Origin: a bacterium
Lineage (GTDB): Bacteria > Eisenbacteria > RBG-16-71-46
Length of the DNA: 35,820 nt
Reading direction: 5' to 3'
NCBI GenBank assembly: GCA_043779265.1
Contig: JAYWEM010000137.1
Span: 1-35,820, forward strand
Part shown: one piece after another, positions 8,809-16,604 of the stretch
How the letters are laid out: every line of letters starts with the position of its first letter
Numbering within the stretch: position 1 is the stretch's first letter
The notes under the pieces: generated by a model
The model's input: the letters and a program-made list of their open reading frames with translations, nothing else
Database searches by the model: none
What the model was told of the DNA's origin: nothing
Made by a program: the position numbers and the translations under genes

Positions 8809-9441
8809 TCAGGGCGCCAGTCGATTGCGAGTCCAACCGGAGCGCGTGCGCGTGTAGAGGAGCCGGTCGTGCAGGCGATCGCGACGCCCCTGCCAGAACT
8901 CGATCCGAGCCGGGATCAGGCGAAAGCCGCCCCAGTTGTGGGGCCGAGGCACCGGGCGGCCGAGGAAGCGTGCCGTCAGGCGCTCGACCCGTGCCTCGAG
9001 CACCTCGCGACTGGCGATGCGCCGACTCTGCGGCGATGCCCACGCGCTGATCTGAGCGCCTCTCGGGCGCGAGCGGAAGTACTCGTCCGCCTCGTCATTC
9101 GCCACCGGGCTCACACGCCCCTCGATGCGCACCTGCCGATGCAGAGCATCCCACCACAGGAGGAGCGATGCCGACGGCGCTTCGGCCAGCTCGCTCCCCT
9201 TGCGGCTTCCCGTGTTGGTGTAGAACACGAACCCGCGATCGACTCCTTTGAGGAGCACCATGCGATTCGACGGGCGGCTCTTGGCGTCCACGCTGGCCAG
9301 CGCCATCGCTGTCGGCTCGCGCAGGTCGGCGGCCAGTGCCGCCTTCATCCAGCGGGCGAACAGGGCGAGCGGCTCGGAAGGCGAGAGGGACTCACGCAGC
9401 GCGAGGCCGCGGTACTCCTTGCGTAGTCGTGCGAGGGCCAT
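8809..9441 (-). CDS. pdxH: Pyridoxine/pyridoxamine 5'-phosphate oxidase
   Basis: LRKEY, EPTAMALA, RMVLLKG, FYTNTGSRKG, RQVRIEG, AWASPQS, IEFWQGRRDRLHDR, C-terminal RLAP. Confidence 0.97.
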   Translation of the reverse strand: MALARLRKEYRGLALRESLSPSEPLALFARWMKAALAADLREPTAMALASVDAKSRPSNRMVLLKGVDRGFVFYTNTGSRKGSELAEAPSASLLLWWDALHRQVRIEGRVSPVANDEADEYFRSRPRGAQISAWASPQSRRIASREVLEARVERLTARFLGRPVPRPHNWGGFRLIPARIEFWQGRRDRLHDRLLYTRTRSGWTRNRLAP

Positions 9442-9489
9442 GCGCGACAATCTAGTCGCGCGGCTCGACCTCCGCCAGTTCGACTCCGC

Positions 9490-10659
9490 TCAGCGAAGCC
9501 GGATCGACATCGAGAGCGCGATCAGGTCCTCGTTCCGAGTGCCGGCGCTTGCCGGACGGAGGCGATTGCGCTGCCACGCCATCTTGAGACGGGCGTCCTT
9601 CGTCACGCGGTAGCCCGCGCCGATCTCGATGCGATCGAGGTCGTCGTCCCATGGCCGCGCCGGGCCTACGCTCGGCGTCACGTCATCGAAGCGCATGACC
9701 TCGCCGCGAGCGGCGAGCCACCAGCCGGCCGGCATCATCGCGCTCGCCTCGAGGTAGCCGCCCTGCATGCGCAGCGTCCCGGTGCGCAGCGTCTCGAAGG
9801 ACTTGTGATAGCCCTCAGCCAGCACCTCGAAACGATCGTGGCTCAAGGCGACATCCGCCATCACCATGGCCTCGATGTAGTCACGCAGCGACCCACCGGG
9901 AGGCAGGGCCCAGGCGGACCACGTCGGCATCCACGGGCCGTATGCACCCGAGACGCCCACCCTCAGCTCGGGGATCGGGACGAGGCCGATGCGGCCCAGA
10001 TAGCCGTTGCCGGGCGTGTCGTCGGGATTCGGCTCCGGCCAGCCGGGCGTGCTCTGGGTCGCACCCAGCGAGAACTCGACGCCGTGCGAGGACCCGATCG
10101 CTGCGATGCCGAAGTCCCACCAGCGATCATCCACCACCACCATGCCGTAGGAGTGCCCTCCACCGTAGTCGAGACCGGTCTGCCCGGTCCCGGCGGCCGA
10201 CACGAGATGATCGACATCGACCGCAACGGCATCCCACGCCAGGGAGGTGTGGTGCTGGTACATGAGCGGGCTGCCGATGAGCCGATTGCGGTCGGAGTAG
10301 GTGCGCGGGCCGAACGTGCCGATCGGCCACGGGATCTTGCCCGCCTGCACATGCAGGTCGAGATCCGACCACGGCGTCCACCTCGCGTAGGCGCCATCGA
10401 GGACCAGCGGCATCAGGCCCTCGTGCAGGATCGCCTGGGTGAACACGGTCAGCCCGGGCGCCACCTCCGCATCGAGGAACAAGCGCATCCGGTAAGGGTC
10501 GAACTGCGAGTCGCCCTGGGTGTGCTGATTGTAGAGACGACCGGTCTCGCTCGAGACCCAACCCAGATCGATGAGCGCGCCCGGTTCGAGACGGACTTCG
10601 GCCGACGCGGCATCGGCGAACGCAAGGCCCAGCAGGCACAGCAGGCAGGTGAGTCTCAC
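9490..10659 (-). CDS. Putative outer-membrane porin / beta-barrel protein
   Basis: Signal peptide ending AASA. Porin-like pattern RMRLFLDA...LDGAYARW...VQAGKIPWPIGTF, RIEIGAGYRV...LKMAWQ. GTG start overlaps the kinase stop (GTGA). Confidence 0.72.
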   Translation of the reverse strand: MRLTCLLCLLGLAFADAASAEVRLEPGALIDLGWVSSETGRLYNQHTQGDSQFDPYRMRLFLDAEVAPGLTVFTQAILHEGLMPLVLDGAYARWTPWSDLDLHVQAGKIPWPIGTFGPRTYSDRNRLIGSPLMYQHHTSLAWDAVAVDVDHLVSAAGTGQTGLDYGGGHSYGMVVVDDRWWDFGIAAIGSSHGVEFSLGATQSTPGWPEPNPDDTPGNGYLGRIGLVPIPELRVGVSGAYGPWMPTWSAWALPPGGSLRDYIEAMVMADVALSHDRFEVLAEGYHKSFETLRTGTLRMQGGYLEASAMMPAGWWLAARGEVMRFDDVTPSVGPARPWDDDLDRIEIGAGYRVTKDARLKMAWQRNRLRPASAGTRNEDLIALSMSIRLR

Positions 10660-12464
10660 GCGGCTTCTCCTCGGCTGAACTCGGCGCGAGCGCCAGGTAG
10701 GTGCAGACTGAATGTGCTGCCACGACCCGCCTCACCCGCGATGTGCAGGGAGCCGCCATGCGCCTCGGCGACCTTGCGCGCCAGTGCGAGCCCGAATCCG
10801 AGGCCCGCGACATTGAACTCGAGCCCGCGCCCGGTGTGATGGTGCGCGGCGTCTCGCGGCGTGAACACCTTGCGATCGAGCCGTCGCTTCGTCTCCTCGT
10901 CGAGGCCGATCCCGGTGTCCATGACGCGGATCCAGAGATCGTCACCCTCGGCCCGGGCGCTGACCACGATCGAGCCGCCGTCGGGCGTGAATCGGATGCC
11001 GTTCTGAACCAGGGCGTGTATGGCCTGCACCACGCGCTCGCCATCGACGAGTCCCCAGCGGGCGTCGTCGGTGACCTCCACATGCGTGCTGACACGGCGA
11101 TCGAGAGCGCCGTGCGTGGCATCCGTGATCGCACACTCCAGCAGCGGTGCGAGTTCCATCAAGACCACGCCCGAGCCTCTCGACTCGGCGGCATGCCCGG
11201 CCTCGGACATCCGAGTCGCATCGATGGCGATCCGCTCGAGTTGGTCGGCCGACCGCAGAATCGCCTCGAGCGCCTGCGGGCCACGCGTGGCATCGCCGGA
11301 GACGCGCGGGTCCATCAGGAGGTTCGCCCATCCGCGGATGACGGTGATCGGCGTGCGCAGCTCGTGCGAGGCGACCGCGATGAACTCGCTCTTGGCCCTC
11401 GCCACCTCCTCGAGGTTCTGCACGTACTCGCGCTGGCGCGAGCGCATGTCATCGAAGCTGGAGGCGAGCTGACCCATCTCATCGGTCCGAGCGCGGTCGA
11501 TCGGGGTGTCCCAGCGGCCGGACTCCATGGCGTGCGCCGCACCGACGAGCTGTCGGATGGGCGAGGTGATGTGCGTGCTGATCCAGACGGACGCGGCGAT
11601 CACCAAGAGCAGCAGCACGAGCCCCAGTTCCGCCAGGTGCGTCCGAACGTCCTGCAGGAAGGCCGTCTCATGGTCGAACGATCGCTGCAGCACGTAGCTG
11701 TGCTGGCCGCGCGAGTCGGTGTAGGGAAGCGGGCGGGCCATGGCGTACCAGCGGCCATCCGAATCGGCGATCAACTGCGGCTCACCGATGGGGGCCTGGG
11801 AGAGCCGCACTGCGCTCTCGCGGTCCTCGATGCGCTGCAGCGTCGAGCGCGTGACGGCGCGCTCGGCGACGAACGTGATGTCACTGGCCGTCAGCTCGCG
11901 AAGTCGTGAGGCCATGCTGGCGCCGATCTCCTGACCCAGCAGCAGCGTGCCGACGATGCGTCCTCCGGCGACGACGGGCGTGGCGACGAGCAGGAGGTGA
12001 CTGCCGCGCTGCGAGAGGATCCTGCGGACCGAGCGTCCGGCGAGCGCCTCGGCGACGAGCGGGTCGCGACTCACGGGCTGCAGTGCCACCGGGCCCACCG
12101 AGGCGACGCTCTGACCGAGCAGGTCGGCCACTTCGAACACATCGGGGTGCGCGATGCCGTGGAAGTCCTGAGCCACGCCGGCCACGGTGGCGCGGAACAC
12201 GGGGTCGGTCGCCGTGTGCGGCAGCGTGAGCACCGAGAAGAAGCGTGGGTCGCGCACGATGACGGCACTCGCGACCTCCCACTCTCCGATGCGCCCGGCG
12301 ATCATATCCTCGAAGACCTGCGAGGCACGCGTCAGATCCTCGCGGAGCGCTCGCTCGGTGCGGCGTGAGACGCCGCGATCGACGAGCACGAGCGTCGCGA
12401 TGACGAGCGAGACGACCGGCAGGGCGGTGAGCAACAGGATCTTCGTGCGGAGCGGCAGGTTCAT
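10656..12464 (-). CDS. Sensor histidine kinase (2 TM, periplasmic Cache-like region, HAMP, HisKA, HATPase)
   Basis: HAMP ITSPIRQL...RTDEMGQLASSFDDM. H-box AKSEFIAVASHELRTP. N-box LVQNGIRFTPDGG. DTGIG and GLGFGLAL. Confidence 0.93.
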   Translation of the reverse strand: MNLPLRTKILLLTALPVVSLVIATLVLVDRGVSRRTERALREDLTRASQVFEDMIAGRIGEWEVASAVIVRDPRFFSVLTLPHTATDPVFRATVAGVAQDFHGIAHPDVFEVADLLGQSVASVGPVALQPVSRDPLVAEALAGRSVRRILSQRGSHLLLVATPVVAGGRIVGTLLLGQEIGASMASRLRELTASDITFVAERAVTRSTLQRIEDRESAVRLSQAPIGEPQLIADSDGRWYAMARPLPYTDSRGQHSYVLQRSFDHETAFLQDVRTHLAELGLVLLLLVIAASVWISTHITSPIRQLVGAAHAMESGRWDTPIDRARTDEMGQLASSFDDMRSRQREYVQNLEEVARAKSEFIAVASHELRTPITVIRGWANLLMDPRVSGDATRGPQALEAILRSADQLERIAIDATRMSEAGHAAESRGSGVVLMELAPLLECAITDATHGALDRRVSTHVEVTDDARWGLVDGERVVQAIHALVQNGIRFTPDGGSIVVSARAEGDDLWIRVMDTGIGLDEETKRRLDRKVFTPRDAAHHHTGRGLEFNVAGLGFGLALARKVAEAHGGSLHIAGEAGRGSTFSLHLPGARAEFSRGEAA

Positions 12465-12468
12465 CGGA

Positions 12469-13182
12469 TCAGAACTCCACGTCGAGTTCCGAATCGCCGG
12501 ATGAGGTGAGTGTCACCTCACGTTCGCCGCCTGCGAGGTCCGGGTGCCACCACGTGACCAGGTAGCGACCGGCCGGCAGGTCGGGCAGTCGATAGCGCCC
12601 GTTGGCATCCGGACGCGCGAATGCACGGTTCTTCAAGACGACGATGTAAGCGGCCATGTCGGCGTGGATGTCGCAGAACACGTGGACGACGCCGGTCTTG
12701 TCGAACCTCACGCTGCGCGACTGGGGCCGCGGGTACTTGCCGAGATCGAAGCGCTTGGCCGGCGACACGCTGAAGACGTTGTGGAAGATCGGGTCCATGT
12801 TGGGGAAGTCGACCAGGTCGCCCTGACGCACCACGAGGACCCTCGGCTGGAAGGACTGGTCCTTCTGCAGAAGTCGTGCGCGCTCTCGAGGCGCCGGCAG
12901 CAGCGAGTCGATCGAGGCGGAGAGCGAGCGGATCGAGAGGACCGCATCGCCCACTCGGCCCCGCGAGTCGCGTGCGGGTGATGGCAGGGAGGAAGCGCGG
13001 CCCGCGTACGGCTGCACCACCGAGTTCGATTTCACTTGAGCGCTCACGCGGACGGTGCCCTGCAGCGCCGCCGCATCGGCCATGGCAGGCGCGAGCGAGG
13101 CGAGCACGAGCGAGAGGAGCGCGTGACGAACGGTCCATCCCGAGACGGGGGGCAGCGGGGTGTGGGGCATCCCCTTGGTCAT
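12469..13182 (-). CDS. Secreted cupredoxin-like protein with a C-terminal carboxypeptidase-regulatory-like domain
   Basis: Signal peptide. FQPRVLVV..GDLVDFPNMDPIFHNVFS and VFCDIHADM give a His...Cys-x2-His-x2-Met type-1 copper ligand pattern. C-terminal DANGRYRLPDLPAGRY..WHP. Confidence 0.82.
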   Translation of the reverse strand: MTKGMPHTPLPPVSGWTVRHALLSLVLASLAPAMADAAALQGTVRVSAQVKSNSVVQPYAGRASSLPSPARDSRGRVGDAVLSIRSLSASIDSLLPAPRERARLLQKDQSFQPRVLVVRQGDLVDFPNMDPIFHNVFSVSPAKRFDLGKYPRPQSRSVRFDKTGVVHVFCDIHADMAAYIVVLKNRAFARPDANGRYRLPDLPAGRYLVTWWHPDLAGGEREVTLTSSGDSELDVEF

Positions 13183-13240
13183 CGGCGCATCGCGATCCAG
13201 AGTTCACGGTCGGACGGACGTTCCAGCCCGATCCAGAGCC

Positions 13241-13257
13241 TGCTTCGCGAGTGCCGG
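13241..13257 (-). promoter_or_regulatory. Possible sigma54 (-24/-12) promoter for the cupredoxin operon
   Basis: Minus strand CCGGCACTCGCGAAGCA has GGCAC and GG-N10-GC spacing. The -12 element is AAGCA instead of TTGCA. Confidence 0.35.
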
Positions 13258-13346
13258 ATCGCACGGACCGCGAGAATCGTTGGACCTGTAATATGAATGG
13301 CGACAACGCAATCGAGGCGTCATCTCATGTGAGGCTCCACCCCATG

Positions 13347-13384
13347 AAAACGAGAGCCCGGCTCGCGCGTGGCGAACCGGGCCC
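13347..13384 (-). terminator. Intrinsic terminator after the acyl-CoA dehydrogenase gene
   Basis: Minus strand GGGCCCGGTTCGC-CACGC-GCGAGCCGGGCTC followed by TCGTTTT, about 20 nt after the stop at 13405. Confidence 0.7.
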
Positions 13385-13404
13385 TTGAACGGCACTCGTG
13401 GGGA

Positions 13405-14592
13405 TCAGCGGTAGGCGGGCAGTCCCGTCACGGCCTCGCCCAGAACGAGCGTGTGGATGTTGTGCGTGCCCTCGTAGGTGTAGACCGACTCGAGGTTGCA
13501 CATGTGGCGCATCACCGGGTACTCGGACGTGATGCCGTTGGCGCCCAGGATGTCGCGCGCCTCGCGTGCGATGTTCAGCGCGATCTCGCAGTTGTTGCGC
13601 TTGGCGAGCGAGACCTGCGCGGGCTCGAGAGTGCCGCGCTCCTTGATGCGACCGAGTTGGACACAGAGCAGCTGCGCCTTGGTGATCTCGGTGAGCATCA
13701 TCGCGAGCTTGGCCTGCACCAACTGGAACTGGCCGATCGGCTTGCCGAACATGATGCGGGTCTTCGAGTACTCGGTCGCCGAATGGAAGCACGCCATCGC
13801 CGCACCGACGACACCGAACGCGATGCCGAAGCGCGCCTGCGTCAGGCAGCCGAGCGGTCCCTTGAGTCCGATCACGTTCGGCAGCAGGTCCTCCTCGGGG
13901 ACGAAAACGTCCTGCAGCACGAGCTCGCTCGTCACAGAGGCGCGCAGCGAGTGCTTGCGCTTCTGCTCGGGCGCCGAGAAGCCCTTGGCCTTGCTGTCGA
14001 CGATGAAGCCGCGGATGCGCTCCTTGCCACTCGCCTCGTCCATCAACTTCGCCCAGACGATGGCGATGTGCGACACGGTGCCGTTCGTGATCCACATCTT
14101 GGCGCCGTTCAGCACGTAGCCCCCGCCCACCTTCACGGCACGCGTCGTCATGCCCGCGGGATCCGAGCCATGGTCGGGCTCGGTCAGGCCGAAGCAGCCG
14201 ATCATCTCGGCCTTCGCCAGTTTGGGCAGGTACTTCATGCGCTGCTCCTCGGAGCCGTACGCATAGATCGGGTACATCACGAGCGAACCCTGCACCGAGG
14301 CGAACGACCGAAGCCCCGAATCGCCTCGCTCCAGTTCCTGCATCGAGAGTCCGTACGCGGTGGCCGAGACACCGGCGCAGCCGTACTTCTCGGGCAGTGA
14401 GGCTCCGAGCAGGCCCATCTCCGCGACCTCCGGGATGATCTCGCTCGGGAAGTACGCCTCGTCGTAGGCGTCCTCGATCAGGTGCAGGAAGCGATCGTCC
14501 ACCCAGCCGCGGACGGAGTCCCGGATGGTGATCTCGTCCTCGGTGAGCAGCGAGTCGATGTCGTAGAAGTCGACGCCGGTGAAGCGGGACAT
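13405..14592 (-). CDS. gcdH: Acyl-CoA dehydrogenase, glutaryl-CoA dehydrogenase-like
   Basis: ELERGDSGLRSFASVQGSLVMYPI, GCFGLTEPDHGSDP, KHSLRASVT, LGANGITSEYPVMRHMCNLESVYTYEGT. SD GAGGAG before ATG 14592. Confidence 0.88.
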   Translation of the reverse strand: MSRFTGVDFYDIDSLLTEDEITIRDSVRGWVDDRFLHLIEDAYDEAYFPSEIIPEVAEMGLLGASLPEKYGCAGVSATAYGLSMQELERGDSGLRSFASVQGSLVMYPIYAYGSEEQRMKYLPKLAKAEMIGCFGLTEPDHGSDPAGMTTRAVKVGGGYVLNGAKMWITNGTVSHIAIVWAKLMDEASGKERIRGFIVDSKAKGFSAPEQKRKHSLRASVTSELVLQDVFVPEEDLLPNVIGLKGPLGCLTQARFGIAFGVVGAAMACFHSATEYSKTRIMFGKPIGQFQLVQAKLAMMLTEITKAQLLCVQLGRIKERGTLEPAQVSLAKRNNCEIALNIAREARDILGANGITSEYPVMRHMCNLESVYTYEGTHNIHTLVLGEAVTGLPAYR

Positions 14593-14645
14593 GGAAACTC
14601 CTCGGATGGCGCGGAACACGGCGCAGGTGGGGCGGAACGGCTGGC

Positions 14646-14674
14646 AGTATAGGGGGAGCGATGGGACCCGGCCA
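14646..14674 (-). promoter_or_regulatory. sigma70-type promoter of the gcdH-like gene
   Basis: Minus strand TGGCCG-N17-TATACT. Confidence 0.5.
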
Positions 14675-14712
14675 CCTCGTGCCGTGGTGCGCTCCGCGCG
14701 GCGAACGAGCCA

Positions 14713-14742
14713 TTGCGGCGAGCCGAGTCGCTCGCCTACCTT
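14713..14742 (+). promoter_or_regulatory. sigma70-type promoter of ggt (divergent from the gcdH-like gene)
   Basis: TTGCGG-N18-TACCTT upstream of the GGGAGG SD and ATG 14784. Confidence 0.45.
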
Positions 14743-14783
14743 GGCCCCATGCTCACTCCTCACTTCCGCCGGGAGGCCCCGCC

Positions 14784-16496
14784 ATGCGACTCCGCACACT
14801 CTTCCTCGTCGCACTCACCGGGCTCAGCGCTGTGATGGGCGAAGCCATCGACCAGACCACCCACGCCGCACGCGGCGCCGCCACGCGCTCGGTCGTCTAC
14901 GGCCGTTCGGGAATGGTCGCCGCCTCGCAGCCGCTCGCGGCGCAGGCCGGCATCGACATCCTCAAGGCGGGAGGCAGTGCGGTCGATGCCGCGATCGCGA
15001 TGAACGCCTGCCTCGGCCTGATGGAGCCGACCGCCAACGGGATCGGTGGCGACCTGTTCGCCATCGTGTGGGACCCGAGGACCCAGAAGCTGCATGGTCT
15101 CAATGCCTGCGGCCGCTCGCCGATGACGCTGACGGCGGCTGCCATCCCGGCCGAGGCCGACGGCACGATCCCGCTCTACTCGCCCTTCGCCTGGAGCGTT
15201 CCAGGTTGCGTCGACGGATGGGCGGAGCTTCATGGCAAGTTCGGCAAGCTGCCCTTGTCGCGCGTGATGGCTCCGGCCATCGGCTACGCCGAGGGCGGAT
15301 TCCCGCTTTCGCCGGTGATCGCGAGTGACTGGGCGCGCAGCGTGACCCGATTCGGCAAGCAGCCGGGATTCGCCGAGGTGTTCATGCCGGGCGGCAGGAC
15401 GCCGGCCGAGGGCGAGGTGTTCCGCAATCCGGCGTTGGCGCGCACCCTGACGCGGATCGGCGAGAAGGGGCGCAAGGGCTACTACGAGGGACCGACCGCC
15501 GAGGCGATCGTCCGCTTCTCCAAGGCCAACGGCGGCTTCTTCTCGCTGGGCGATCTCTCGAAGCATCGCTCCGATTGGGTCGACCCGGTCTCGGTCAACT
15601 ACCGCGGCTACGACGTGTGGGAGTTGCCGCCGCCGGGACAGGGGATCGCGGCACTGCAGATGCTCAACATGTTGGAGACGTTCGACCTCAAGGCGATGGG
15701 GCGCGGCTCGGCGGAGCTCTGGCACGTCATGACCGAGGTCAAGAAGCTCGCCTACGCCGACCGGGCGCGTTACTACGCCGATCCCGAGTTCGTGAAGGTG
15801 CCGGTGCGCGAGTTGATCTCCAAGGAGTACGCACGCGAGCGGCTCAAGGGCCTCGATCGCGAGAAGGCGGCGCAGGTCGATGCCCCCGGTGATCCGGTGG
15901 TGCTCAGCCGACCCGAGACGACCTATCTCTGTGCGGCCGACTCCGATGGCATGATGGTGTCGCTCATCCAGAGCAACTACACGGGATTCGGCTCGGGGCA
16001 TGTCATCGCCGAACTGGGATTCGGGCTGCAGAACCGCGGCAACCTGTTCGATCTCGTGCCGGGGCGTCCGAACTCGTACGAGCCCGGCAAGAGGCCCTTC
16101 CACACGATCATCCCCGCGTTCATGACGAGGGACGGTCAGCCGGTGATGGCGTTCGGCTTGATGGGCGGCGACATGCAGCCGCAGGGTCACGCGCAGGTCG
16201 TGGTGAACATCGTCGACTTCGGGATGAACCTGCAGGAGGCCGGCGACGCGTTCCGTTTCCACCACACGGGCTCGAGCGAACCGACCGGAACCGTGATGCG
16301 TGATGGCGGCGTGCTCCATATCGAGGACGGCCTGCCGGCGAGTGTGCTCGACGAGCTCAAGCGTCGCGGGCATCGCATGGAGAGCCAATCGGTGGGTGCG
16401 TACGGTGGTTATCAGGCGATCTGGCGTGACCCGAGGACCGGCGTTTATTCGGGTGCGACCGAGAAACGCAAGGACGGCTGCGCCCTCGGCTACTGA
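14784..16496 (+). CDS. ggt: Gamma-glutamyltransferase family Ntn-hydrolase, exported
   Basis: GMVAASQPLAAQAG..ILKAGGSAVDAAIA, GIGGDLFA, WELPPPGQG, nucleophile Thr in ETTYL...VSLIQSNY, PGKRPFHTIIPA, GLMGGDMQPQGH. N-terminal signal peptide. Confidence 0.93.
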   Translation: MRLRTLFLVALTGLSAVMGEAIDQTTHAARGAATRSVVYGRSGMVAASQPLAAQAGIDILKAGGSAVDAAIAMNACLGLMEPTANGIGGDLFAIVWDPRTQKLHGLNACGRSPMTLTAAAIPAEADGTIPLYSPFAWSVPGCVDGWAELHGKFGKLPLSRVMAPAIGYAEGGFPLSPVIASDWARSVTRFGKQPGFAEVFMPGGRTPAEGEVFRNPALARTLTRIGEKGRKGYYEGPTAEAIVRFSKANGGFFSLGDLSKHRSDWVDPVSVNYRGYDVWELPPPGQGIAALQMLNMLETFDLKAMGRGSAELWHVMTEVKKLAYADRARYYADPEFVKVPVRELISKEYARERLKGLDREKAAQVDAPGDPVVLSRPETTYLCAADSDGMMVSLIQSNYTGFGSGHVIAELGFGLQNRGNLFDLVPGRPNSYEPGKRPFHTIIPAFMTRDGQPVMAFGLMGGDMQPQGHAQVVVNIVDFGMNLQEAGDAFRFHHTGSSEPTGTVMRDGGVLHIEDGLPASVLDELKRRGHRMESQSVGAYGGYQAIWRDPRTGVYSGATEKRKDGCALGY

Positions 16497-16533
16497 GTCG
16501 AGCGCGCGAGTCGGCGAGGGGGTGGACGCGAAG

Positions 16534-16563
16534 TTGCCGCCCTCTCCGAGGCTCCCGTAGACT
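16534..16563 (+). promoter_or_regulatory. sigma70-type promoter of the E1 gene
   Basis: TTGCCG-N18-TAGACT, then AAGGGAG SD before ATG 16605. Confidence 0.5.
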
Positions 16564-16604
16564 CCCCCGAGTCCTCCAATCCCCATCCCAAGGGAGCCCC
16601 CTCC

